A stretch of DNA of 60,190 nt, counting the filler, from Thelocarpon superellum (Eukaryota), in NCBI GenBank assembly GCA_026025795.1. It is 2 parts of 2 records of this genome, joined end to end, with 100 filler letters (N's around TTAATTAATTAA, not from the genome) between each part and the next. Parts side by side here need not be neighbours in the genome. Positions count along the whole stretch, not along the records: positions 30,183 to 60,190 come from JAPEUG010000210.1; 1 more part is not named here. One strand, given 5' to 3'. How positions within the stretch are numbered: position 1 is the stretch's first letter; the number at the start of each line of letters is the position of its first letter. A program made the translations under genes and the position numbers. Below, piece by piece: positions 36,399 to 49,649 of the stretch. The notes beneath the pieces were generated by a model. That model was not told the origin of the DNA. It did not search any database and saw nothing but the letters and a program-made list of their open reading frames with translations.

Positions 36399-39300
36399 GC
36401 CTGGGAAGCGGGGGAGCCTGCTCGAGGATCTGAACCGCCGGTCTGCGCACGTACCACCGATGCGGCGACGGCACCAGCAATGGCACAAGGAGAGGTACGG
36501 TATGGTGCGAACGTGAAACACACGTTGGGCTTCCGGACGTTGTGGAAGGTCGAGGTAAAGCACAAGGACTGCACGGTTCCGGGTGCCGGTGATCCGATTT
36601 AACCCGCACCTTCACCCTAACCGGCTCTTGCCAGCGTGACTGGGAAACGCGGTCAGCCGTCATTTGGTCATGGTGCGGGTCGTGCAGAGTTGGTTCGAAC
36701 AGTTTTCGTATCTAGAGACGCACATCGGCCCTCGTCTGCCCCAATTTTTGCAAGCATAAGTACGAAGTACTATGAGATCAGCGGCGGCTAGGGATGTGTG
36801 GGCGGACAAGAGAATAGCGGGTCTAACAGAGGTGTAGTACCAGTAGGGCTCCGGCAGGTTCCTTTTCCCCACCACGTACCCGATCATACCTGCGTCCGTC
36901 CTCCCGTGACTACCGCTTCAAGTACTTCGTACTATTATTGCTTGGAAAGGACTTCGAAGCTGGACACTGTCCTGCATGTACCCTACTTCTTGGCGAACCC
37001 CACCCCCGGGCCTGGGCCAACCCCCATCCGCGGGGAGGGCATCGATGGTCTTGCTTCCTTAAACACCAGCCGTTAAATTGCAGTCCACCCGTCGCTCGAC
37101 CATAGGAGATGGCTTGTCGACCCGTCCCAAGTCCAGGCGCCCCCTACATCTTCGAGGTCGTTCGTGCTATGTCACCCTTCCACGGTTACCGCGAGTCGGT
37201 CGAAACCTCGCTCAGCCCCCTCGGCTTTGCCACCGGCCACGCCGACACGCCAGCGCTCCGAAGGCGAACGGTAGGGCTCAGGCGGTGGATCAAGCGAATC
37301 CATAGATGGCTTTCCGCTCGCCCGCTCTTTCAGCGCCGGCCAACATGCCAGATCGACGTTCAAGGCGAAGGGTGGGTTTTCCTCGTCATCGGCTCCGCGT
37401 GGCAGACGCCGGCGAAGACCGTGGGGCAACATGCATGTGTCACGCCTCCCGACCAATGCCGCAAGAGACGATGCCCTCGCACTAGAATGGTGCCATACCG
37501 GCTTCCTCTGGGATGAAATAGACGCGCAGGTCTGTTCATCGGCAGTGCCTGCTCTATCTTATCGCGTAGGAATACTCGTACGACGACCGACATGATTGGT
37601 TCCTCCCGTACTTGATGGTTTTTGAGAGACCGAGGCGGTGGACCCGGCCTTGCTGCAGACCCTGGTTTGTGCAGGCATCCCGTCAATGGCTGATTATCGC
37701 TCTACTCCAACGCCTCGTTGACCGGCGATTTGGCCGGGGGGATCCACAGCTCCAGGGTGTTGGGCTTCTGCACGGAGCAGCATATCTAGAAGACTACTGT
37801 GATAATGAGAGGTGGAGGCATATGGTGGAGGGATGAGGACATGGGGGGATGAGCATGGTGCGCCTCCGACCTCGGCCAGATCTGTCTCACTCCAGGCGGC
37901 GGGTGCACCGCTGGTGCAACCCTGGCTCCAGACCCACGGAAAGTTCGCTGGCGCGTCGACACGTGTGGAAGTCATGAACAGCAGCGGTGACAACCGCTCT
38001 GCGTCGTCGCCAACGTGTCTGCGTGATGAAGAGCGTCGCTGGTACCCGCAGGTACTCGTGGTAGGACGAAGGAGGCTCCCGACTCCGGACATATCATTTC
38101 ATTAGTTCGCTGCAAGAGGTCTTGGACCGAAAAACGGTGGGCCGCCGGTTCCGGGCCGCCGTGGGGGTAGCCCGACTCGGCGTCGCCTTCCCCACTTATT
38201 GGGAATTGCGCGCGCAATGCAGATCCATCAGCCTCCCGTGGTGCGGACGATTAGTCCACTGGGCGGTGGTGGTCGAGGCGAACCTCACTCCTACGCATGA
38301 GGGAGGGGAAATGATGAACGGCAAGTGGAAGGCAGGCCGACGGAGGTTGGTGTCTGGGCCACCGTCGTCGGGATTCATCGGCTCATAAGTTGGCTGGGCC
38401 AGGGCGGCCGGCTAGAGGTGACGCCACTGGTGAGGGGACCATCAATTTAGGGTAAGCGAGGGGGAAGGAAGTTGGGAGGGAAGGCCTTACGGACAGGGCG
38501 AGGTGGGGATGGTCAGTTCCCACGGACAGGGTCAGGGTCAGGGTCAACGGACCTCATCCAAGGCCCGCCCAGACCCTTCGAACTATCGTCACTAGTATCT
38601 GCGATCGATCCAATCACGCCCGGGGAGCGGATGACAGGCCGACTCATCGGAGTTGGAGGGACTCTCGAGATGGTTGGCAGAGGAAGCACGAGCAGAATTG
38701 TGTTCGCGGCCAAGCATGCACGGCCCAAAGGCCGCCCTAGTAATGGCAGTGGGTCTCTCGGCTGCCACGCGGGTAAGGGTAGGTTAGGTACTTGTATGAG
38801 CATGATTTACTGTACGAGCACGAGATACTTCATGTACAAAGTGGTATATGGACGTCCGCTCTGTCCTTGGGCCCTTGACCCGGTACCAGTCTCCAGAGTG
38901 TCGCCTTACGGATGTGGAGTGACGACAGCACCGCTTGACCTGCGTCATGACCGCCGTCGGCGCATCACGTCCCAGCTGGAGCCGTCTAACCGAGAATGCG
39001 CCGGCCTCTCGTCCACGGCAGGTACTGGTAACGGCGGCCCTGGGTGAGACTCCTGCTGGGTCCGCGTGCTGGAGCGCCGCTGGGCGCCAGGTCGAAGGCT
39101 GCCCCTGCTCCGACGGCTGATCCTGTGCATGGTCCATGGGCAAGGGCGGGGTCCAAGCGTGGGCGTGGTAGGGACAAACTTCCGAAAGAAGGACGGACGC
39201 CGGTAGTGGTGCAGAAGTCGAAGGAGACGGTGCATCAGGGAAACCGAGCAGCAGAAGCAACAGGCGACCTGAGCCTTCGACGCTACAGTAGCGCGGCAGT

Positions 39301-40829
39301 TGGCACCGGGCTATCCACGCACGCGTACTTCGCCTCGCATGGCAGCCAGACCCGCTCGACCCTGCCGCTCTAGACCCGCTTGGTGCTGGAGCGGACGTGG
39401 TTGCGGGTCGAGGGTCGAAAGGACTGACCGACCGAGGGTGGAGCGACGGCGGCGGGCGGCGTGCTGACGCCACGCCCAGTCCCAATGGTTCCAGTGCCAC
39501 TCGCCCCTCCCCTGTCCGACGCCTCTAGCACGGTAAGGCGCTGGGCACCAGCTTGGGAGTGAGACTCAACGCTCCGAGCGTGTGGAAGACTTGGGATGGT
39601 GGGAACGCAGTGGGCCCGCACCGCTGCAGGTTCTTGCCCTATGGAATTATGCCTGTCCAGAGGTCCGCGTGCTGGTCCAAATGCTCTACAATAGTCTCCT
39701 TCATCCATGTGCATGCAAGTAGTTACGAGTGGTACCAGACGCAGATGGTACAAGGACGGGGCTTGGTAGTGGAAGCTACAAACTCTACCCTGTAGGCCAG
39801 AGGCCTGGGGCCTGTCGTGGACCGCGCCGGGCGAGTACCGTGCTTGTTCGACTACTCCTACGGACAGAGGCCCTCCACCCCAACACCCGTCAGACCCGAG
39901 ACCCGCCCACGCCGTTGAGAGGAACGGGCCCGTTTTGCTTCGTGGAAATTGATCGATGCGAGGCCCCACGGTAGGTCGGTGGCCAAGCCTGAGCCAGACC
40001 CGTCCGGACGGCGCTCACCACCGTTCATCATTTGGTCCCGCGGCATCTGCTCTCGATAGCTCCGTGCGTGTGGGCGCGCATACGCCCTCTGTACCGCACA
40101 CACTTCCTGCGCCCACTGGTGCTGCTGCTGCTGGGGGACGTGGCGGTCCGGTCCTGCTCCTGTTGCTGCTGGCGCGCACGGTACCATACACATACCCTCA
40201 AGCACCTCACACGCCGCGGTCACCCACCCACCCACCAATCCACCCACACTCGCTCATACGTATACACTCTCGTGGTCCCGCAACTCAGCTCGACCGAGAC
40301 GGGATTGCGTCGACCTCTCGCCACGATCGCCCCGGCGGCATCGTCCTAGTCCTTCCCATTCCTCACCGTGCTCAGCCGACGCTCGCTCTCCCAGCACGGA
40401 GTTCCTCCTACCGCTGTGTTCACGTGGCGGGTGCCGGAAAGATCGTCGCCGAGACGGCCTTCCCCGACTGGGTTCGCGACCTCGAACTCGTCCGTAGGGC
40501 TGAGCGGACGCTCTTCCCGACCCCGCTTGCCGCCCGTAATCCGGCCCATTTGGTTTCTCGTCTCCTCCTCGCTCCTTCTCTTCCTCTCGTGCCGTCGGTG
40601 CGGACACCTTAGTTGCTCCCTGTGCTTCCATTCTTCCAGCGCTGCATTGCATGGCATACTCGTGTCGCGACCTCGTCGACAGTTCGGATCGCGGTGCTTC
40701 GGCCGCGTTGCTCCTGCATTGTCCGCACGCCCGTCTCGCGCGTGCGCGCTGTTGTCCTACCAAAGCTCCAGTCTCGCCACGACCTGACGACGACCTCAGC
40801 TGGTGGCGACCAGCGCTCCCCCGGCCACC

Positions 40830-43109
40830 ATGGACTTCCCAGCCGTGACCAGCGTGCCTCGGTCGCCGGCCGGCCATACTTTACCTTCCATCCGCGTTCA
40901 GGAATCCTCTTTACTCCACGACCCTCATCATCCCTCGCCGCGCCTATCCACCCACGCCCACGCCCACGCCCGGTCAAGTCGAGCATCTGGGCCCATGTCG
41001 ATTCCCAACGCCAAAGAGCCCGTCCCACCTGCCCTTCCTCCCCCGAAGCGCATCGACGGCCTCGATGACGGCGCCGGGTCGGGGGTGGATCTGGGCTGGT
41101 GGCTTGGCAACAGCAAGCAGGGTCCGCTGGGTGGCCGGAGCAGCTTTGGGTCGATCGACCCGCATTCGAGCCTGTTTGGTGGCCGTGCGCACCACGATGC
41201 GGCGGACGAGCACAACCGGATGGGGCCTATGCGTCGCGGCAGCTCGACGTCGACCATCCGCGCGACGTCCGGCGACGAGCCGGTCTCCCCTCATCGCCAA
41301 CTGGATGAGGGCTACGCCAGCCTCTCCGGCTCAAGCCTCACGACGCAAAAGTCAGCCCTGATCGTGCCCCTCAATGTCGCGGGGCATTACCCGCTAACCA
41401 ATGCATGCTTGGCCCATGATAGATTGCAGGGCGAAGAGTCGCAGTCCAATGCCTTTCTGCAGCGATCCGTTCAAGCCTACGACAATAGCCTTCTGCAGAA
41501 GATTGACCTGGCACGGTCGGATCCGGCATCCCGGAACACCAACGCCCCGGCGCGCAACTATCAGCCTCCTGTCTTCCGCGGTGGGGTGACGCCACCGTCG
41601 TCCTCCAACGTTGCGCTCGAGGGCCGGCGGAACCTGGGTCCTCTGAAACCCCTATCGCTGTCGACGGGCCCGTCATCCGCCGTGGGCAGTCCACAACGCA
41701 CCTGGCATGACTCTCCCGACTCGGCCGTGTCTCCTCGGCACCCAGTGTCCGAGCCACTGTCGCAGGGCTATCTGGATTATCGTAACGCCCGCCGAGAGAC
41801 GGGAAGTCTATCATCCATCACGCCGGATCGGGAGCGATCATACCTGGGACATCAAAACTATGCTCGCCGCGCAGGGAGCCTCTCGACCGTCGGGTCCTAC
41901 GAAGACGCCTCGAGCTTCGCCAATCGTGTCCACCGGGATAGCTATGACCCGAGCCTCGCGACGGAGCCGGATCCCGAGTTTCCCATGGAGGAGACCGGGC
42001 TCAAGCATCTCAACCTTGGCGACCGCTCCCCACCACGACGAGACGACTATTCGCCACACTCCAAGACGGGACAGAAGCGGCGCGCCTCGTCGCCTCCCCG
42101 AGAGCCGGATGGCCCGCTGTCGGCCGGCAGCTCCAGCACGGCGAGTGAATTCTCGCACCGGCAGCCGCTGACGCATCGCTCGGCGGAGCGTAAATCCTCC
42201 GTCCCAAGGCTCAACAACGGATCGGTGTCATCGACGTCGTCGCTGCCGCGCAGTGCGTCGCTGGTCTCGTCGGCCGGCATGTCGCTAGCGGCGAGCAGCA
42301 CGACGAGCATGTCATCTTTTGATCGACTCTCACCGCGCGGGACATCGCCGTTGTCGGAACTGGACCCCACTCAGGATACGGCCTACACGCCCACGACCTC
42401 GCTACGCCCCAGTCCGCGCAACTCCTTGTCCCGCCCGCACCAACGGAATTCGTCGGAAGCCAAGACGGCGCCAACCTCGCGCCGACCATCAGCGGACGAC
42501 CCGGGTCCGACGACGCATCACAGCTCGTCGGCCTTTTACATCTGCGAATGTTGCCCGAAGAAGCCGAAGAAGTTCGAAAATCTGGCAGAGCTCCGGTAGG
42601 TCGCGTGGCGCCTGTTCAGGTGCGGCGTCATACTGATAAGTTACAGGACGCACGAGATGGAGAAGCAATACACGTGCCAATATTGTCACAATCGGTTCAA
42701 AAACAAGAACGAGGCGGAGCGGCACCAAAACAGCCTGCACCTGCGGCGACACTCGTGGTCGTGCAACGCCTTGTCAGGGGTCGAGGCGGCTTTCCACGCG
42801 TCGCCGCGGAAGCCCTCGGCTGTGGACGTGTGCGGCTACTGCGGCGACGAATTTCCCAATCCAGCGAATTGGGACGTGCGGGTGGAGCATCTTACGACGG
42901 TGCACAAGTTCGGAGAGTGCAACCAGGGGAAGAAATTCTTCCGAGCGGATCACTTCCGACAGCACCTCAAGCACAGCCATGCCGGAACTAGCGGCAAGTG
43001 GACCAACATGTTAGAGAATGCGTGCATGAAGGATGAGCCGCTCCCCGAGCGCATGGGGAGCGTAAGCGAAGGAGTCGGGCGAATTGATGAGGAACGTGAA
43101 GAAGCCTGA
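40830..43109 (+). CDS. C2H2 zinc-finger transcription factor (C-terminal finger array), 3 exons
   Basis: S/P-rich N-terminus, NLS-like QKRRASSP, fingers YICECCPKKPKKF...HE, YTCQYCHNRFKNKNEAERHQNSLH, CGYC...HLTTVH, FFRADHFRQHLKHSH. Introns at about 41351-41422 and 42596-42646. Confidence 0.9.
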
Positions 43110-45386
43110 TATGTGATGATGTTCTCTTACCAAAAGTTGCTACTTTTTGTGTCACGTCCCGAGGGCGCTACCGATCGACTACGGCCACGGCCATAGCCAC
43201 GGCCATAGCCACGGCCATGAAGCGGCGGAGGATGACGAGACGACAATGCCGATGAGAGATGAGGAAGAAGTTTGACGATGTGGCATAGCGCTCCCTTTCT
43301 CTGAACCATATTTGGGGGAGTGTGTTCCCAGGACGCCTCCGCTTACGCACTGTTCTCTTAATTTGGCGGCCCATCTCGGCTGGAAAGGGAGAGGTGAATG
43401 TGAGGCAAAGGACGAGGCTGCATGCGCTCTTGGTGCCTCTGTCCGACAACTTTGTTCGGCCTCTCTAGGGGTGGCAGCGAGAGAGATGGATGCTCTAGAT
43501 CCACGACTCTCTGCATTAGCCACCAGGGTCCGGCCTGGACCTCTACGCTCGTCGCACACCAGACAATTGAATCACCATGTCGGGGAGGCTTGCACCCTGC
43601 CGACGATCCGATTGTGTCTCAGCTGCGCAATACACACGAATACGAACACGAACACGAACACGAGCGGTACTCCGTATGGCGGTTGCTTTCAGAAATGTAC
43701 GAGGAGCCCTCCAAAGGTGACGAGCCCTCCAAGTCACAAAGGTCATTGTCTCAAAGGGAAAGGCTCGGCTTGTACGAAGTACGAGTACTCCTCGTATGGA
43801 GTGCCGTTGACGCTTTTCCTCGCTTCCCCTGCTGGCTTCCACGCCGCAGTCGTGCATTGCATGATAGGCGAATACGAGGATTCTCCCGTAGCTTACCGTG
43901 GCACCATGGACATCCCGTCGCTTACTCCGGGAGTATGAGGTGCGTCCGTGATGCGGGGGGACGAAGGGTTGCAATACTGCCGCCGTAGCTATCGTAGCTG
44001 TGGTGGTGTGTGGGATCATATGTGTATCTGCAACATAGCATCACGGAGTACCAGTGAGGATGTGATTGTTGACTTAACCCGACTGCGATCGGGTGTAGAG
44101 GCGGGATGCGGAGATGCTGACATCTGACGTCTTGGCTGTTCCCGGCTGTGCCGCATATTCGTACTGTGTTACAAATGAGACTATGGTCTTCTGTGCCGCA
44201 TTAAACCTACGGCGCATGTGTCCACCTTTCGTATTCGCAACAAGAGGCGGCAGGCTGTCCACCGCGATCGAAGTAGGGTTGGAGTAGAGGCACCATTGGT
44301 GCTTTTGGTCCTCGTCTGACAGGGCTGAGCTAATGGTGCAGCGACCGTCGAGATGGCCTGCGAGCGAGGCTCGGGGAAGGAGAGATAAGGCACAGAACGA
44401 CCCGATCTTAGCCCGCCAAACTTTATTTGAAAGGGACTGGACCCTTCTCCACCGCCGTTCAGTAGTGCCTGGGTGGTCTCCGTCATTTGATCATCTTCGC
44501 CCCCAACTTGCCAGAGACATGGCAGCCTGATAGCCTCCGCACACGCCGTGCATGCTTGCTATGTGTGAGCCTCGATCTCTAGTGTTAAGTGCTCGCTTGG
44601 CTGCAATTTTCTGCCCCACGGCTCTAGTCCCGGGCAAACCCTGAACGTGCGAGGCTTACACCGAGCAACGAGTCCCGAACTCCGAACCCTGGAAAATACG
44701 AAGGCCAAATGGCTGGCTTCAGAAGTGTGCCACAAGAGGACTTGCACTCCATTGGTCTCCATTCTTAGCTGCACCTACGACAGGGGAACACGGAGAGACG
44801 ATAACAGGACCCGCGAGGGCGGATGCAAGTCACTGTGACATCGGTGATCCATTCTCATGTATCCATTTGACGCATAGCAGACATCATGAAAGGCGGTAGA
44901 TGCGAGCGGTCATACTGCAGTGAACGCTTGTCACCTCGACGACTGACTAATATCCACGCACCACACAAAGCATTCTTCAACTTGTTTCCTCCCCACAGAA
45001 TCGCGCCTTATTTCCCATAACTGTGTTCGCTGAGGATAGGCTGACTCAACCCACTCAACCCCAAGGCTTGTTCAGTCCCGTCAAGCCACTCATCGTGCAC
45101 CAATCAAGATCAAGCCTTGCCCTGCCATGGCCCTTTCAACCCTGCGAGAGCAGGGTATCGGTCGAGGCGGATCGCCTTCGAAAATGATGGCGCAGTCGAC
45201 CTCTCCTAAGCAAGGCTGCCACTTTCCTACCAAGCATTTGAGCCTCAGGCGCTTGCCGAAACTCCTGGAGCACGACCCTGCCTATGCCCGCGACGGGCAG
45301 ACAAAGTCGATCGTTCAAGAGCAGTGCACTGGTGATCAAGCATCGACTCATCTTGATCAACAAGAATCGGCCCCGCAACAGCCGTT

Positions 45387-47995
45387 ATGGCCAATTTGGA
45401 CCACTTGAATGCAGCTCTCGGTTCTGCACGCAATGAAGACACCCTGGCCTTGGCAAACCTCCACTTCGACTTCTCCTTATTTAGGGTCGACGCTCCTCAA
45501 GAATTCAGCGGTCTGGGGGTAACCCTCTCCAGTCAACGTCGACTTGATGCCGAGACAGGCACCCCGCATCAGACCGCCCGAGGGCTCGGTGCCCTCTTTG
45601 AGCAGTTGCTCCCAGGGACGCCTGCCTTGGTGAAGGCCTACGGTCGTCGCGTCTCCGCCATCTCTGAGTCACCCACAGTCGAACCTAAGGCCTCAACTCG
45701 TGATGGTGTCTTCAGCACTCAGGTGGGCGCAGACGGTACCGGCATCTGGGCCGCAGCAACCTCGGGCTCAGGGGCCATTGCCGTCCATCTCCTGGCCTGC
45801 ATGTTGGCTCGCATCTGGTCTGCGCCAAAGGCAATCTCGGTCTGGGTCGAGATGGTGGCCGAACGGAAGAAGGAGATCAGCGCCAACTGCGACGGCTCCC
45901 AATCGGTGCACTATACAGCCCTCATGGCCGCTCAACAAGAGATCAGCCGCAAACAGCTGGCCGAATGGGACGCCAATGCCCGCGCCTGGCTCCGCAGTGC
46001 CGACGAAGCGATGAAGATGCAGCAGACACAGCTGATGCTCATCATCAAAAATGTCAACATCTCGGTGAACAAAATCATGAACACGTATCAGATGGCAGCA
46101 GCGACTTCGACGAGGAAGAGATTTCGCACCTTTGGAGTTTGATTGAGGAATATTGTCCATCGTTGCGAGAGCGCGCCGGATACCATCTCCGGCGGGATCC
46201 AACAATCAAACAACGTCGACCGCTCTACGTTACTTCAGCTAGTATCGACGCAAAGACATGTCCGGGCCCGGATCTCTGCGCTTCTGAACACCCAAAACTG
46301 GCTTCGCATCCTTACCATGGCCGCGCAAAGACATGTTCAGGCAAAGGGCCTGGACTGGGACACGTCGGTCATGCTTGTTCGATATGAATAGCGACGTGGC
46401 ATTTCATTTCTCGCTGATCTTTCCAGTCACCCTCCCTCGCTGTTTGGGCTCGGCTATCTCGGCCGATTGCTTCCGCTCCTCCGAGGAGAGGAAGAACGGA
46501 TTGCGATTCTTCGGAGTCTCGTCAGCCACCGCGACCTCAATCGGCATGACTTGGTCATCCGATATCGAGTGGGAAGCGAAGGAGCTGACTGCTTCGAGTA
46601 TGCGACAGCCATCCCTCTCAAGCACGGCTCGATCAAACGGCCCCGAAGTGAGACGGAGCAGGCAAACGCGGGCCACAAGCGCTGGGTTTGCATCCCTCCG
46701 CAGCAGTCTCATCTCGCAGACATGCACACAACCTATTGGTCAACAGGCATGAGTTGCGGCTGCGAGATATGCAAGGATGGTCATTGTCCATGCGAACGAG
46801 CCAGGCACAGATGCTCGTTCCTACGCCATCAGCTACCCAACGACGAGGGCGATTGCAACAACCGCGTCATGTCTCATGTTTCAGAGCTTGGTACTGAGCA
46901 CCGAGCGCGATGTCTATGAGAGCTGAGCGGTGAGCAGATCTCGACCCAGGTCGAGCAGCTTAAAGGGAACAGGGGCATGACGTTCGTCTGGCATTATCCA
47001 CCATTTTTCTTCCACTCGGACGGAGTCGGACCAGTCATTTGTGATACCACTTTCGACACTAAAGGGGATGAAGATCCTTTCGCTACCTTCGAAGCTCGGT
47101 TCAAATTATCCGATGACTATCCTGTTACTCGTTTTGTCTTCGACTTCTACGCAGGGGACCTCGAGACAGCAGCCATCTTCATCCGGCGTCAGGAAGATCC
47201 TCGAGGTTTTGACTTTGCCGACATAACCCAGTCGTCAGTCGATGTGGAGCTGCGCGTATCTGCCTCAGCATTGTCATGGTCATCTCTTCGGGTGATTCCA
47301 TCTTCGTGGCATCGTCGCTCCTCTGCGATCCGGCCGACGTGCGAGATCCTTCCGAGCTACGTCGCGTGGTGGGTAATGTAGGACATGCGGGGATCGCCAT
47401 GCTTATTCCTCCCATCAATCCACGGGTGCGTGCCCCGGATGTCAAGCAGTGGCGTGTCATCACGCATGCCCCATTTGATGGTATTTTAGAGGATCATTTC
47501 CCGAACACGTCCCTCCATCTTGCCTTCACGGAGTACGAGAGCTCCATCGACGCTGGTGAACACGGCGCGCGAGGCAAGGAGCTGTTCTTCCTCGAAAGCT
47601 TGGTCCAAGTTCATGACCAAGGCAAGTGGGTGGCCGACCTCGACATTCTCTCGGGCTTGGAGAGCCAGCATCTGATCCGGCCGATGTGCAAGTGTCCTCA
47701 ACTCGACGACGCATCGCAGCCAAGTTTCAGCAGGGACGCGCAGTCGACCCCAGAAGCAGAACACATGTATCCTCCCTCACTGACTGCCATTGACAATTGG
47801 GAGGAATTTCTCGACTGACCTATGGATGCCAGCATCTTCCGTGCGCACGATAATTGGCTGGCACGCTTAGCTGCCACGTCGATCAGCAGCAGTCGAGCGC
47901 ATAACACAGTTATTCTTCCGAGTGAAGTGTGCTGGAGATGTTCTCGTGGACATTCCGATTCCACCCATAATATGTACATCTGCCAAGATTGTTGA
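45387..47995 (+). pseudogene. Disrupted member of a large ascomycete protein family of unknown function
   Basis: Family-like motifs LALANLHFDFSL, GADGTGIWAAATSG, HLLACMLARIW, NVGHAGIAMLIPP, WVADLDIL, NWLARLAA and VCWRC. In-frame stops at 46140 (TGA), 46389 (TAG), 46917 (TGA) and 47816 (TGA), plus a frame change near 47270 without clear splice signals. Confidence 0.75.
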
Positions 47996-48096
47996 CTGGC
48001 TATTGCGGCTGACGATGATATGATATATGACATGACGATTGAGAGGAGGTGAGGCAGATCATGGAAATACAAGGCAACGCAATTTGATTGATTCGC

Positions 48097-49064
48097 TCAG
48101 ATATCACCATTGGGAACGGAAGGAAACGTAGTAGGATTCCGAAGCCGTTCTCGATTCCGCTTTGCTATCTCGGCGTTTCGTATTCGATCGATGCGCATTT
48201 GATAGAAGTTTCTAAAGTAGGAGAAGGGGAGACTATGAGTTGCATTATCTTCGCCGGAAAAGGGGGGGAAAGGCAGACGTACTTATTTAAAGCGAAGATA
48301 CGCGGGGGCTCCTCCGATTTATCCGGAGTCTTGGAGGACCCGTCAGTGTCCTGAGCGACGCGTCAGCGCAGTCATCTCGGAAACGACATGTACGATCGAA
48401 AGGGAGGAAAGAAAAGAAAAGACAGCCGGAGACGTAAGCAGGGTACCTTTAACTCATTATCATCTTTATTATCCTTTTTCTTCCCCTCCTTGCCCTCCTT
48501 TCCCTCACCGTCCTCGTCCTCCTTATCCTTGTCCTTGTCTTTTTCCTTCTCCTTCTTCTTTTTCTTCTCCTCCTTCTTGCGTTGTTTCTCCTCCCACTCC
48601 TTCTTGACCTTCTCAATCTCCCGTTCTCGCGCCTCGGCCGCCGCTATCCGCGCCGCTTCCTCGTCGATGATGGGCGTGCAGAACCCCTTGTCGCTCAAAT
48701 GGCCCCGGCATACGTAGAAGAAGTCCTGCGACTCGGCTCTCTCCCGTTAGCATCTCATTTCCTCTCCGTACGTGCTTGAGTCTGTGCGTTTGAGATGTAC
48801 GATAGGTTTACTTCGTCTATACAGACTATAACAGGGGGTTGAGGGGATGGGCCGAAGACGGTAAAGTGCAGAAAGGGAGATCGCCGTTGGTGGACAAACG
48901 CAAGGTGGAGAAGGGAGAAAGCGAGCAGGCGAGGCCCGTAACCACTCACTCACCCTATGATCAGGCGTGATCAGGACACAAGGAGTGGGTTTGTAGCAGA
49001 TGAAGCATGCTTTGGACGAAGCGTCGGCCACGCGGCGCAGGTGCCATCGGTTCGGGAGGGACAT
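48097..49064 (-). CDS. VFA1: Vps4-associated protein 1 (Vfa1/DUF1742)
   Basis: RRVADASSKACFICYKPTPCVLITPD|DFFYVCRGHLSDKGFCTP, K/E-rich middle, C-terminal PRIFAL...NFYQMRIDR...FPSVP. Confidence 0.85.
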
Positions 49065-49649
49065 GGCGATTCAAGGATGGCGGGAGGGACCTCACCTGCT
49101 GGAACACCCGGCTGGGTTGAGTAGAGGTCGGATACCGTCCCTGGATGGTCACATCGGAAGTGACGAGCTTTGCGGTCGATGTGGGGTAGGTGTGTGATGT
49201 GAGAGGTGGGATGGTGCGGAGGGGATGCAAACGCGGGATGTTCCGTCGTGAGCTGCTGCCAGAGCAGGAGCTGGGGAAGTACAGAGTGGTTGGCGGGGTC
49301 TTCACGCCATGGAACCCCCCTGAACTCACCATGGATCCTGTCCGTCAGTGTGGGTCGACTCACTCATCTACGGCCATACACTCAACATATCCAACCCGTC
49401 CCATCTACCCAATCACATCGGACAAACGGCCTGGTGGGTGATGGGATACTCCTACAAAGGATAGCAGTACAGATGGGCTTCCTCGCCCCATCGAATATAT
49501 ACGCATGCACCATCCATGAGAAAAGAAAGGAAAGGCGCTGGCCAGACATTGCAGAAAGAAAGGATCACGGGTCAAAGGAAGGAACACAACCCAAAACCAA
49601 CGCCACCCGGTGCCATCCTGTCCTTGCTTCCCTCGCTCAGTCCCGCAAA

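Noticed and set aside
43180..43220. 12-bp GCCACGGCCATA repeats, plus hexamer repeats at 3668-3718 and 43636-43662 and the poly-Gly codons in TFG1
   Set aside because: Ordinary slippage microsatellites.
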